Below, piece by piece: positions 1 through 12,497 of a stretch of DNA of 64,000 nt. The stretch lies in NCBI RefSeq assembly GCF_004010195.1, contig NC_057719.1, positions 50,457,008 through 50,521,007 on the forward strand. Direction: 5' to 3'. Position 1 is the stretch's first letter. Each line of letters opens with the position of its first letter. The notes beneath the pieces were generated by a model, which saw only the letters and a program-made list of their open reading frames with translations, did not search any database and was not told where the DNA came from. This stretch comes from Chiloscyllium plagiosum. Its lineage: Eukaryota. Position numbers and translations under genes: made by a program.

Positions 1-420
1 CACCTCCGCTCCCTCACCACCAGACGCCTGGGGGAAGAACGCCTCATCTTCCGCCTCGGAACACTTCAACCCCAGGGCATCAATGTGGACTTCAACAGTT
101 TCCTCATTTCCCCTTCCCCCACCTCACCCTAGTTCTAAACTTCCAGCTCAGCACTGTCCCGATGACTTGTCCTACCTGCCTATCTCCTTTTCCACCTATC
201 CACTCCACCCTCTCCTCCCTGACCAATCACCTTCATCCCCTCCCCCACTACAATGCATTGTACTCTATGCTACTTTCTCCCCACCCTCCTCCAGCTTATC
301 TCTCCACGCTTCAGGCTCACTGCCTTTATTTCTGATGAAGGGCTTTTGCCCGAAACGTTGATTTCGAAGCTCCTTGGATGCTGCCTGAACTGTTGTGCTC
401 TTCCAGCACCACTAATCCAG
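1..420 (+). mobile_element. Penelope-like element 3' fragment (GIY-YIG C-terminus plus pseudo-LTR) with hammerhead motif
   Basis: Reads EERLIFRLGTLQPQGINVDF-like EN tail, then pyrimidine-rich UTR and CTGATGA-AGGGCTTTTGCCC-GAAACG at 332-357; same family as 35821-36700. Confidence 0.8.
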
Positions 421-519
421 AAATTGAGAAATATGCCAAGGGGGCTGTAGGAAAGTTTAAGATATACCAAAATAACTTTTTGGCCTCGTGATGACAGAAG
501 CTCTGCAAAACCTGATGCA

Positions 520-836
520 GATTAGATTAGATTCCCTCCAGTGTAGGAATAGGCCCTTTGGCCCAACCAGTCCACACCGACCCTCCAAAGAGTAATCCAC
601 CCAGACCCATTTCCCTCTAACTAATGCACCTACCACTATGGGCAATTTAGCATGGCCAATTCACCTGACCTGCACACGTTTGGACTGTGGGAGAAAACCG
701 GATCACCCGGAGGAAATCTACGCAGACACAGGGAGAATGTGCAAACTCCACACAGACAGTCGCCCGAGGCTGGAATCAAACCTGGGACCCTGGTGCTGAG
801 GCAGCAGTGCTAACCACTGAGTCACCGTGCTGCCCC
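520..836 (-). mobile_element. HE1-type V-SINE (tRNA-derived)
   Basis: Reverse complement starts GGGGCAGCACGGTGACTCAGTGGTTAGCACTGCTGCC, has V-domain GTGTGGAGTTTGCACATTCTCCC and (TCTAA)n tail. Confidence 0.9.
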
Positions 837-999
837 AGATTGTAGGGTAGAGCTTCCTGTCATTTGACTCCTCATTCGTTTTGACTGCAAGTCAGACTGT
901 GCTGCTAAAAGGCACGGTTGAGCGCACAGATTTCGAAGAACCTAAAATTAGAAGTACACCGCTATCTTGGATGGTTTGAGGGCCGAATTACTGACAGAT

Positions 1000-1620
1000 T
1001 GACTTGTGGATTTGGGTTAGATTATTGGGAATAGAGTTTTGGAATGACCGTAAGTTTATAAAGGGTAGAATGTGGGGTCCAGGAATATATTGAAATAGTC
1101 AAGTTTAGAACTAACAAAGACATGGATAAAGATTTCAGCAGCAGATAGACAGACGACTGAGGTGACCATGAATTGGAAATAAGTCTGTCTTTGCAATGGC
1201 GCGGATATAACACTGAAGCACATCGTGGGATCAAGTACAACACCCAAATTGAGAACAAGCTGATTCAACCTCTGTTGCATTGGAAATGGATGAAGTTATC
1301 TGTTATGGACCAGGGACAATGGTTTTGGTCTTCTATTTAAATGGACGCTTTTTAATCATCTGATGCTGGATCTCAGAAAAGCAATCTGATAATTTAGTAG
1401 CAGTGGAGGAACCAAAAAGAGATAGTGGTAACAGAACTGGATGTAATACAACAAATCCTTGTTATCTATGGATGAGTGAGTTTAATTTGAAAGCAACCTT
1501 ATGCTTTCAGACGATGTTGGCAAAGGGCAGCATGTTGTTGAAAGATTAACGACGGGGGCAAAGGCAGATTCCGGGGTACATTAATGATCATGGTGTAGAA
1601 ATGGAAAGAAACGCCATTGC
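1000..1620 (-). mobile_element. Old L2-clade LINE RT C-terminal fragment
   Basis: Minus-strand frames give VLNLGVVLDPTMCFS and AEIFIHVFVSSKLDYFN, typical of the L2 RT C-terminus. Confidence 0.6.
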
Positions 1621-1879
1621 ATGTTTATATTTCTGGCTATCATCAGAAACGAGAATGAGATAATCGGTGCTCACAAATTCCCCATATCGAGGGAAAGAAC
1701 GTGGGAGCATGGACTCTCTCCTCTGGCAATAGCCCCTCGCCTCCTCCATGGCATTGGGAAGGTCACTGCGGTCAGTGGAGCTACATCAAGCTTTTCCTGC
1801 TGCAGTGGGTTTTGAGTGATGGTCGCAGCCAAGTTGGTATCAGTTTGGTCCTGGGACCCCTCTGTCCAATTAACCATCC

Positions 1880-3420
1880 CTGGTGCCACGACTTACCGGA
1901 GCCGTCTTCCCGCCGTAAATCCACACTCCTGAGTCGCACATTCACCAGTGTCATCAACCCAAAATAAAAACTCAGCTCTGTGCAGTTCACTGGCCGCTGA
2001 TTGGAGAACTTTAAGAAACGCACTTCAGGTAGAACGGATTTATTTTTTTAAAAGGAAGGAAGGCTAAATAACCGGCGAATGTCGGAAAGCGTGTGGTCGG
2101 AATCGCAGACTAGTTTTACTCTCTTTGGGGGCGGGGCGTTGGGATGAATCGTTGGGGGACCCGGATGAGGCTCCAGCCGTTTTTTTTTAAAAACCAAGTT
2201 TGGGCACAAGCAGAAATAACGGCTGTGGGCAGAGACGCCAGGAATATCCTTCTCCAGATTAAACAATAAAACAATATCCGTGCAGGTGCCCCCTTGCCCT
2301 CCGAAAACACAATCCTACCCACTCTTAAAACAACGCCCTACAGGAGCACCAGCAGTTCTCCCTCTCTCCCCACCCCCTCCAAATCCCAGGCAGGATCTGC
2401 AGTAGCACCCACTCCACACAATCAAAATCCAGGTCCCCCAACTCAAACTAAGTCCCAGACAGAAACCCCAGGGATACCTCCCACCCTCCCCAAAACGACC
2501 CGGACAAGAGCCTGAGGACTATCTCAGATCCAGTCACCACCCTTCGCCCCCCTCAATAAAAAGGATCCGCAGGAACGACCCCTCAACCCCGCAAAACACC
2601 AACACCGGAAAGGAGCAGCGAACCATCCCCACCCAAATACAAATCCCAGAAAGCCATCCAGGGCCTCCCCACCCTACAGCGAAAAAAAAAACCCGGACAG
2701 GAGTCGCAGTAACACGTCTCTCTCCAAAAACCCAGATAGCGTTCGAATTTAAATCACCCCTCCTCCAAAAAAAAGGACGGTACCGTTGCTACACTCACTC
2801 CTCTAAACCCAAACAGACCCCAACTCGGGAGGAACGATTCCACTGTAGTGTTAGAGACGCAGTCCAGCCGCCTTTCTTGGGGCAAGCTCTCGGTTATTAC
2901 CGAGCGGTTCGCACTAGTTACATGTTTATCTAAACTTTTATTTAAACTGGCGGCGAGATACAGGTGACTGTCGATGTCATCGAGTTTACTATTTTGAAAC
3001 TCCAGCCGAGTGGTGGTTTGTGGAGCGGGAAGCAGCAGATGTCTGGCGGGATTGCGCCCGGGCCCCGAGCTGTGTGATATCTCTTTAATCGCCAGATGAA
3101 TTTCATCTCCGGCAGCAAGTGAAATTGGCGGGAGTAAAATGGAGGTACCGGTGAATATAGCTGCAGGCGGCCGTGCCTGGGAGCCTGGGACTGCCAACAG
3201 AATCAGAATTTCGGTGCAAAAGTTGCATGAAGTTACTCCCCCCTCCGGTGCGGAAGAACCAGTTTACATTCCACCCGCTCTGCCAGTGAATAAACCACGG
3301 GGCCACAGTAAAACATTCGCTGCAAGTGTGTCAGGAGGAGCATCAGGTTAATATTCAATGTTCTCGTGTGTTGAGTTTACTTTATTTTGGTAAAATGTTG
3401 TGTTCGTTTTGTGTAAATCC
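1880..3420. promoter_or_regulatory. CpG-rich promoter region of KIAA0586, probably bidirectional
   Basis: CpG density clearly above the rest of the window; CTGATTGG (CCAAT box, minus) ~1997-2004; GGGGCGGGGC GC box ~2128-2137; contains the ATG exon. Confidence 0.7.
3139..3346 (+). CDS. KIAA0586: TALPID3 (KIAA0586) first coding exon
   Basis: ATG in AAAATGG context; ...ISVQKLHEV...EEPVYIPPALPVNK resembles recalled human N-terminus (VKRLREV...ELPCVPPALSANK); donor CAG|GTTAAT, ends phase 1. Confidence 0.8.
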
Positions 3421-3489
3421 CGTTGCTGGGTATTGATATTTACCAACACGTAGGTGAAGCACGCATTTCAAGTAAGTAAAATAAAGAAC

Positions 3490-3628
3490 CGCAGACGCTG
3501 GAAATCTGAAACCGAAACAGAAATTGCTGGAAAAACTCAGCAGGTCTGGCAGCATCTATGCAGCGATAGAGTTAATGTTTCGAGTCCAAGGACCTGCTGA
3601 GTTTCTCCAGCAAATTGTTTTTATTGTT
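3490..3628. mobile_element. Short Penelope-type pseudo-LTR fragment arranged as an inverted pair
   Basis: TTGCTGGAAAAACTCAGCAGGTC (~3523-3546) mirrored by GACCTGCTGAGTTTCTCCAGCAA (~3591-3613). Confidence 0.55.
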
Positions 3629-4199
3629 TTATTTGAAAAAAAAGTTGCACGCAACTATTTAAAGATGATCTTTGGATCGCGGCAATGTTATATTAATACG
3701 TTTATAATTACGACAAAATCCGTGATGGAATCTCTGCTCATAGTTTCTTCAAATTTTTGGGTGATAACTAATTGCTTTAAATATATACCCTCCTCCAGAC
3801 TTCAGTTCTATGATTCAAGCGGAAACATTCAATATACTTGAAGGAAATTAGAACAGACTTTAATATCCAGGGTAGTGAAAATGTTGAACTTGCTGCCATT
3901 GGAAATGGTCGAAGTGAATAACACACGTGCATTTAAGAGAAGCTAGACAAGCATCTTTGAGTCATGTTGATAGAATTCATACTGAAAGACAAATGAAGCC
4001 TGGGTGCTGACATAAGTTGGTTGGCTGAATAACTTTTTTGGTTGTTATATGAATGTCCTACGTAATAAATCTTACAAAATAATGTTGCAACATTTTTCCC
4101 CTTCAGTCTTGAAGGTATGCAACATGCCATATGCTGGAGCTGTGACTGTGATATTTTTGAGTGTGTGGAAACAGCAACAATTGTATTCATGTAGTTTCT

Positions 4200-5280
4200 G
4201 AAATATATGGAAAAATGAGACTGATTCAGGATAGTCAACATGGCTTTGTGCGTGGGAAATTATGTCTCACAAACTTGATTGAGGTTTTTGAAGAAGTAAC
4301 AAAGAAGATTGATGAGGGCAGAGCAGTAGATGTGATCTATATGGACTTCAGTAAGGCGTTCGACAAGATTCCCCATGGGAGACTGATTAGCAAGATTAGA
4401 TCTCATGGAATACAGGGAGAACTAGCCATTTGGATACAGAACTGGCTCAAAGGTAGAAGACAGAGGGTGGTGGTGGAAGGTTGTTTTTCAGACTGGAGGC
4501 CTGTGACCAGTGGAGTGCCACAAGGATCGGTGCTGGGTCCACTACTTTTNNNNNNNNNNNNNNNNNNNNNNNNNNNNNNNNNNNNNNNNNNNNNNNNNNN
4601 NNNNNNNNNNNNNNNNNNNNNNNNNNNNNNNNNNNNNNNNNNNNNNNNNNNNNNNNNNNNNNNNNNNNNNNNNNNNNNNNNNNNNNNNNNNNNNNNNNNN
4701 NNNNNNNNNNNNNNNNNNNNNNNNNNNNNNNNNNNNNNNNNNNNNNNNNNNNNNNNNNNNNNNNNNNNNNNNNNNNNNNNNNNNNNNNNNNNNNNNNNNN
4801 NNNNNNNNNNNNNNNNNNNNNNNNCAGGGTTGGAGGATTTGAGCTATAGGGAGAGGCTGAACAGGCTGGGGCTGTTTTCCCTGGAGCGTCGGAGGCTGAG
4901 GGGTGACCTTATAGAGGTTTACAAAATTGAGGGGCATGGATAGGATAAATAGGCAAAGTCTTTTCCCTGGGGTCGGGGAGTCCAGAACTAGAGGGCATAG
5001 GTTTAGGGTGAGAGGGGAAAGATCTAAAAGAGACCCAAGGGGCAACGTTTTCACGCAGAGGGTGGTACGTGTATCGAATCAGCTGCCAGAGGAAATGGTG
5101 GAGGCTGGTACAATTGCAACATTTAAAAGGCATTTGGATGGGTATATGAATAGGAAGGGTTTGGAGGGATATGGGCCGGGTGCTGGCAGGTGGGACGAGA
5201 TTGGGTTGGGATATCTGGTCGGCATAGACGGGTTGGACCGAAGGGTTTGTTTTCATGCTGTACATCTCTATGACTGTGAC
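4200..5280 (+). mobile_element. CR1 (HER1-like) LINE, RT and 3' end
   Basis: SQHGFVRGKLCLTNLIE, VDVIYMDFSKAFDKIPH, VTSGVPQGSVLGPLL; 3' end CTCTATGACT. Interrupted by an assembly gap. Confidence 0.93.
4550..4824. other. Assembly gap (275 N)
   Basis: Run of n. Confidence 1.
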
Positions 5281-5749
5281 TTTATGATAAATTGCTTTGT
5301 AGGATTGGGTTGTCGAGGGGACTTGAAAATGTGAATTTTATAATTGAATTGCTCTTTTTCTGTGAGCACAGGTGACGACGATAAACAGATCTTGGTATAA
5401 GAATGGGTGCAGGCAGCAGTGTGTATTGATGACCTCAAGTTTGTGGAGTGCAGAATGTAGAAAATTGGTCAAAACCTGTTGTATAAGCAAGTCGGGCGAG
5501 AGTAATTCTTTGATTTGATGCAAATGTATCAAACAGCTATTCCTTTGGCTGTTTGCATGAGTGTAAAATGAAACCGAATTCCGGATGCTGAAGATTTGTA
5601 AATCTGAAGCAGTCCATGTTCACTTGCAACAAGATCTGTGTAAGATCCAAGCTTGGGATGAAAACTGGCAAGTAATATTAGCGCCAAGCAATAACGATCT
5701 CTGATAAAAGACAATCCAGCCAGTTCCCCTTGACATTCAATGGTGTTAC

Positions 5750-6353
5750 TGTTATGGACCAGACCAAACCCCCTCAAAATATATTAAGAAGATAGTCTTT
5801 TTATGTTTTTCGGACTTTAACAGTAAATGTAAGGCATTGTGTTCCAGATGTAATTTGATTGGTCAAACTAAATCAACTTTAAGTAAAACACAATTCATTT
5901 TTACACTGCAGTTAAAATACAGATGAAATAAAAATAAAAGAATTGGCTTACCTGTAACTCTATTGAAATACTGAAAAAAATATATTAACTATGACTTATT
6001 AATTGTTCCAATACAGTAGCATCCCATAAACAAACCCTTAGCAAAGGAAAAGTAAGTAAAATGGTGTTGTCTCGCATTCAATTCTAGCAGCAGGAAGAGG
6101 AATTAGAACTTTAACATGTAGCTTCAAGACCCTAGCATATACTGAAAGCTAAAACTAAAAATCCTGGTTCTGTGGGAGCTTGACTTCAACCATTCAGGCT
6201 GCTTGTATCGTTCCAACTTGGAAAAAAAAAACTCAAGGCTTTACAAACTCTTTACAGGCTTTGAGCAGACTATTGTATACCTCTGTCCCAACCTTTCTTC
6301 ATTTCAGAAAAAAATGGATAAAATACAACTCTTAAATTCATAGCATCATCACA
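5750..6353 (-). mobile_element. Solo LTR related to the LTRs of the Gypsy element at 35049-42143
   Basis: Starts TGTTATGGACCAGACCAAACCCC, ends AGCATCATCACA, matching the ends of the LTR at 41206-42143; splits an older LINE fragment that resumes after 6353. Confidence 0.7.
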
Positions 6354-7177
6354 CTATCGTCACTGAATTCCTTGCCACCAAATCCTGGGGATTACCATAC
6401 ATCAGAAATGCAACAGGACTTGCCAAATAAATCAGTTGCTACAAGAGCAGGTCAGGGGCTAGGAGTACTACGGTGAGCAACTCCACTCCTGACTCCTCAG
6501 AGCCTATCCACCATCTGGCAGGTGGTCTTGTCCAGGAGTGACGGTCTTAGCCCAGGACGGCGGAGACTTCTAGCCCAGTATTCCTGTGCCCCAGTTTGGC
6601 AGTCTTGTTCTGGCTATGTCATCAAGGTATTCAAGTGTTCCCTAATCAGTTTTCCTCAAGTCTAGGAGCCATTGACTGAACTATGATGAACTTTGTCTTA
6701 GTTTTACTTTTTTTATTATGTATGACTTTTGTTATTTTTGTCGATGCTGTGGTGAGGCGACTTAAAAAACTTTTCATTGTATTTTTCATGTAAAAGTACA
6801 TATGACAATAAATTTCATTCTATTTTATTCCTTGCCATTTCTTTTAGGAAGGGAGTTCCAGGATTTTGATTTGGTGACACAGAAAAAATTGTGATATGTT
6901 TCCAAGTCAGGATGGTGAGTGGCTTGGAGGGGGAAATTGCAGGTGGTCCATCCTTCTAAATGGTAGTGTTCATGGGTTTGCAAAGCACTATCTAAGCAAC
7001 TTTGGAGAATTTCTGCAAGGCATCTTGTAGGTAGTATATACTGCTGCTACTGAGCATTGGTACTGGTGAGAATGAATGGCATCACATCCAGAAACAATCA
7101 AGTGGGCTGCTTTCTCTTATGTGCCTGTGGTGTTCACAAAAGCAGACCGCACGATCCATAACACCACTGGCACATAG

Positions 7178-7399
7178 TGAAGTAACTACACAGAGGCAGG
7201 TATCATGTCACCAAGTCACTCTTTATTTACATGTGCACTGTACATGGGCTCTGACCAGCCAGTCTCAAGACTGAGGAGATCTTCTGAATCTCCTGCTTAT
7301 TTTTGTTAGCCAGGGCTCCCTGATTTGGCCCAGTTCAACAACTCCATTCAAGGATTTCATAGTCTTTGAGATCCACTTGGTCCAGGTTCCAGTCACTAC
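7178..7399 (-). mobile_element. Possible short solo LTR
   Basis: TG...ACTACA termini and a minus-strand AATAAA (ctttatt ~7221); no clear TSD. Confidence 0.3.
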
Positions 7400-8289
7400 A
7401 AGTGGGATTATATTTTGCTTGGTTTCTGATGACCCCGATGCATGCAAATGTCTTCCAGTAGGCTCTCAGGAATATTCATTCAATAAACTGAGATTCTATT
7501 CTCTTAGCTGTCAGGAAGTTGATAATTAGAGGACAACCAGGGAAAAATCAAACCTCTGTATTGTAGCTTTCACAGGCACAATCCTTCTTACTCAAATACA
7601 GTCCAAAAACCAGTTCAAACCCTGGTCCCTCTTTGTTGGACTGGTTGTCTCTCTGAGGTCCCAGTTAACATTCAACATCAGTCATCTGTTTAAGCATATT
7701 GCCTTTCTGGATTCAGAGCATCTATAGAATATGTTTAAAAAAGATACAGCCTGCAATTAACTTTCAGGCCTGGCATCATGAACAAATAATTGTTTGTTTG
7801 TTCTCCTTTTTTGTCAAACACACTGCTGCTCGCAGTTCAAAGGTCGATTTTGGCTCTCAGCTGAAAGTTCACAGCTCTGAATCAAAATTAATTAAAAAAA
7901 ACTTCATGAAGGTCTCAACATTCTCATGTAGCCATAATGCTCATCCAGTTCATTTTCTGGTTAATGATAGCCCCAATATGTTGATACGGAGGAGATTCAG
8001 TGGTGATAATGCCATTGAATGTAAAGGGGCAATGTTTAGATTCGGTCTTGTTGAAGGTCGTCATTGTCTGACATTTGTATGGTGTGAATGTTATTTGCCG
8101 AGTTGACAGCTCAAACCTGAATATTGACCAGGTCTTGCTGCATTTGGACAAGGACTGCTTCGATACCTTCAGATGGAGGAAGGATCATTGAAGCAGCTGA
8201 AGGTGATTATATGTAGGATACTGCCCTGAAGTACCTTTGGAACTGAGATTACTGAGTTTCAGCAACCAGAACCGTCTTGTTCTGTGCCA

Positions 8290-8770
8290 AGTCTAACATT
8301 ACATGTGATTCTGCAATTGGACAGTGTTTGCTACATAATCCCGTTAACAGAATTAAGCTGCCAACCAGTTTAGTTTCTTTAATTTGGCCCATGGTGGGGT
8401 GCATTTGTTTGTACTGGAAGCTAGAGATATTAATGCATAAGGCATTGCTTTTGCAAACAAAAATAACATTTAAGTGCACCTTCTGTGTTCTAACACACGA
8501 TATGTGACATCTGTTTGCTGGTTACTTTCGCAGAGTAGTGTCCTGAATGATGTGAGTGAACCTGTCTGGTTTAAAATTAAAACAAACCTGTCTTTTAACT
8601 GTCAGTTACCTTTAATTGATGCTTGGCAATACTTCTTCGAATCAGAGCTCACTTGCCAACCATGTAGCAGTCTCCTCGAGCAGTATAAATGTTGGATTTC
8701 CACTTGAAATGGTACTTCATATGAATTGTCCTATTGGGTGGAGGATAAAAAGCTTTGATGAATTGTTACT
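8290..8770 (+). mobile_element. Degenerate Penelope-like GIY-YIG C-terminal fragment
   Basis: CDSAIGQCLLHNP ... LEA ... LLQTK pattern; a related copy lies on the minus strand at ~28230-28560. Confidence 0.5.
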
Positions 8771-9506
8771 ATAACAGATTAGTAACTTTTTGAATTGCGA
8801 CAATGTTAGTCTGAGATATAGATGTATGACAAAAGCAGACGCTTAAAGCACTCAGTTAAGCACACGCTTAACTGGTAGAAGAACTTGCAACTGGAATTGT
8901 CAAAAGTTCAAGTCCTAATTGCCAAAGTTATTTAGAAATTAGCTACACTTCCTAAATTATAATGTTTATTTGTTAGTAAATTTTGTGATTAATTTTTTTG
9001 TTTGTTCATGGGCTATGGGCATCACTGACTAGGCCAGCATTCATTGCACTTCTTTAATTTTGCTTGAGAACATGGTGGTGATGTATTGCAAACAAAGTTG
9101 CTGTTCAGCAGTGAGTTCTGGGATTTTGACTTAGTGTTAGGATATCAATGGGATACAGTTCCAAGTCAGAATGGTCTATGCCTGAGAGGAAAACTTTCAG
9201 CTGGTAATTCTCTGAAGCATCTGTTGCCTTGGTGGTAGAGGTTGCAAGTTTGGACGTAGCTGTGGAAGCAGCCTCAGTGAATTGCAGCATCGAATCTTGC
9301 AGAGAGTGCAGACTGCTGACTCTGTGGTGGTGGTGTTGGAGGAAGTAAATGTTTAAAGTGGTGAATGGGGTATTAGTTGACCATTGAACTGTTTTTTCCT
9401 AAGGTCCTTCTACCCAGTGAGCACCACAAAGATTAATTCGTGCCTTGCACCGGTTATGACATTATCCCACCACCACCGAGTCCGAGGGATCTTCTCACTC
9501 TTATCA

Positions 9507-11075
9507 TGGAGTCATACAGATGTACAGCACGGAAATGGGCCCTACGGTCCAACTCATCTATACTGACCACATTTCCCAACCCAATCTAGTCCTGCCTGCC
9601 AGCACCCGGCCCATATCCCTCCAAACCCTTCCTATTCAAAAACCAACCTTTTAAATGTTGCAATTGTACCAGCCTTCACCACTTCCTCTGGCAGCTCATT
9701 CCATACATGTACCTTCTGCATGAACAAGTTGCCCCATAGGTCTCTTTTATATCTTTCACCTCTCACCCTAAACCTATGCCCACTGGTTCTGGACTCTCCC
9801 ACCCCAGAGAAAAGGCTTTGTCTATTTATCCTATCTATGCCCCCTCATAATTTTGTAAACCTCTATAAGGTCACCCCTCAGCCTCCAACGCTCTAGGAAA
9901 ACAGCCCGGGCCTATTCAACCTCTCCCTATAGCTCAAATGCTCCAACCCTGGCAACATCCTTGTAAATCTTTTCTGAACCCTTTCAAGTTTCACAACATC
10001 TTTCCAATAGGAAGGAGAATATTCCAACAGTGGCCTAATCAATGTCCTGTACAGCCGCAACATGACCTCCCAACTCCTGTACTCAATACTCTGACCAATA
10101 AAGGAAAGCATACCAAATGCCGCCTTCACTATCCTATCTACCTGCAACTCCACTTTCAAGGAGCTATGAACCTGCACTCGAAGGTTCTTGTTCACTCCTT
10201 GTTCAGCAACACTCCCGAGGACCTTACCATTAAGTGTGCAAGTCCTGCTAAGATTTGCTTTCCCAAAATGCAGCACTTCACATTTATCTAAGTTAGACTC
10301 CATCTGCCACTCCTCAGTCCATTGGCCCAACTGATCAAGATCCCATTGTAATCTGAGATAACATTCTTTGCTAGAGATCAGAGTGGTGCTGGAAAAGCAC
10401 AGCAGGTCAGGCAGCATCCATGGAGCAGGAAAATCAATGTTTCGGGCAAAAGCCCTTCATTAGGAACGTCGAATTTCCTTCTCAGATGCTGCCTGACCCT
10501 GCTGTGCTTTTTCCAGCACCACTCTGATCTCTACACTGGTTTCCAACATCTGCAGTCCTCACTTTTGCCCAGTTGATTTTAACCTTCTTTGCTGTCCACT
10601 ACACCTCCAATTTTGGTGTCATCTGCAAACTTACTAATTCTATCATATATATGAATGATGAAAAGTAGTGGACCCAGCACTGATCCTTTGGCACTCCACT
10701 GGTCACAGGCCTCCAGTCTCAAAAACAACCCTCCACCACCACCCTCTGTCTTCCAACTTTGAGCCAAATGGCGGGTTCTCCCTGTATTACTACTCCTCGG
10801 ATGCTGCCTGAACTGCTGTGCTCTTTCAGCACCACTAATCCAGAATGCCGTGAAATCTAACCAGTCTCCTTGTCGAACGCCTACTGAAGTCCATATAGAT
10901 CACATCTACCGCCCTGCCATCATCAATCCTCTTTGTTACTTCTTCAAAAAACTCAATCAAGTCTGTGAGACATGATTTCCCATGCACAAAGCCATGTTGA
11001 CTATCCGTAATCAGTCCTTGCCTTTCCAAATACATGTACATCCTGTCCCTCCGGATTTCCTCCAACAACATGCCC
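9507..11075 (-). mobile_element. CR1 LINE RT/3' portion with nested Penelope insertions
   Basis: KCEVLHFGKAN, KFADDTKIGGVVD, SQHGFVHGKSCLTDLIEFFEEV; 3' end GAGTCATACAGATGTACAGC. Confidence 0.9.
10373..10580. mobile_element. Penelope pseudo-LTR inverted pair with ~14 bp TSD
   Basis: Arms AGAGATCAGAGTGGTGCTGGAAAAGCACAGCAGG / CCTGCTGTGCTTTTTCCAGCACCACTCTGATCTCT; flanks TAACATTCTTTGCT (10359-10372) and TAACCTTCTTTGCT (10580-10593). Confidence 0.8.
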
Positions 11076-11349
11076 TCTTGTAATGAGGTCTCTCGGTAAA
11101 GGAAGCACGTCACAGTGAGTTCGGCTATATTGAGTGTTAAGAGAGTAAGGCAAGGCAGGATGGTCTTTAGAGCTAGGAGTGGGTAGGTAATACTGAGTTC
11201 ATGACGTAGATTGACACATGGAAGTAAGATGTTGTTGCCATAACAGAAACATGGTTCAGGGAAGCGCTGGATTGGCAACTCAACATTCCAGGGTATTGGA
11301 TCTTTAAGCGAGATAGAGGAGGCTGTTAAAAGGGTGTGGTGTAGCACAA

Positions 11350-11988
11350 TAGTTAGCTCTGGCATAATGTGCTTTCCAGAGTGCGATTCAGCTATTACAT
11401 GGCTGAAGAATTAGGGAACGATATTTTTGAGAACGCTTACCTCCGTAGCAATACTGCGATTTCAGCCGGGCTCGGTTTGTGTGCTTTGTTTTGCGCATGC
11501 ACCGATGTCCACGCCAGAGTCTTTGTGCATGTGCCGATGTCCATGCTGTTCCGTACATGCGCTGGTGTCTGCACCGTTCCACGCATGCTCGACTTTGGTG
11601 CCGGTCTACATCTGTGCTGATGACCGCACCAAAGTGTCCACATCGTTCGGCGCATGTATGATGTCACACCGGTTTTTGTGCATACCGCGCAAGCGCCAAT
11701 GACGGCTGTCGACAGAGCAGCTTTATTTGAGAGATACTGTATAGAGAGCAGTTTTCTCGGAGGTTTTAAATTTACTCTGTTAACTTTACATTTTTTAAAA
11801 TAAATATGATTTCAACCTTCATTCAGGCTGTGCTATACTTTGTGGTAGACTTTTAGGTGATTTTTGAGCGATCGTGAGTGATTTTTTTTGCTGGTCTGCC
11901 CCAACCCCATTTTTCCTGTCGGTCCCATTATTTATATTGAGTGAGGTTTCGCTGGAGTGCAACTACTACATTTTCGGAGAACTACCTG
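11350..11988. mobile_element. pogo/Tigger-like (Tc1/mariner superfamily) non-autonomous DNA transposon
   Basis: Degenerate TIRs TAGTTAGCTCT... / ...AGAACTACCTG followed by TA; removing it rejoins the CR1 endonuclease sequence GTAGCAC(TA)TTAATTAAGGAG (VALLIKE). Confidence 0.65.
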
Positions 11989-12497
11989 TATTAATTAAGG
12001 AGTTAATTTCTTCTTTATGTAAGTTGGCGCGAGCGAACCTCAACCTGAGCTACAAATCTTCTCAAAACTTGCTAGAGTTAATTACTGCAATAAAGAAAGA
12101 TGATATCTTCTAATGGTCCTCAAACAAGGCTTTGTGGGTCAAACTTAGGAATGTTAAGGTCGAGAGAAGTTCCTTTCTAGGGAATGTATTATATGCCCCC
12201 AAAGACTCTGCAGGAAATAGGAGCAAATTAGTAGACAGCCGACAGAGGTGGGTAAGCGTGATAATCAGGCAATTATAATCGGAAATTTAAACTTTCCCAA
12301 CATACATTGGGATAGTCATAAGGGTTTAGAGGAGCAGATTTCTTGAAGTCTATCGTGTGGATATTTTTTTCCATATGTACAAAGTCCAACAAGGGAGAAT
12401 AGTTCTAGAGAAAGAAGCCAGGCAAATGTTTGATGTGACAGTGGGGGAACATTTAGATGATCGTGACCACAATATGGTATAGTTCAAATTTGTTCAG

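Noticed and set aside
2754..3197. 147 aa minus-strand ORF as the partner gene
   Set aside because: No recognisable protein similarity or twin CX3C motif; overlaps the promoter and KIAA0586 exon 1 in GC-rich sequence.
4481..5054. ORFs spanning X runs
   Set aside because: Artefacts of the 275-N gap inside a CR1 copy.
5372..5394. Possible small exon (CACAG|GTGACGAC...TTG|GTATAA)
   Set aside because: 23 nt would shift the frame between exons 1 and 2, and read-through meets TAA.
11369..11702. Overlapping Cys-rich ORFs
   Set aside because: By-product of the GC-rich repeat inside the MITE.
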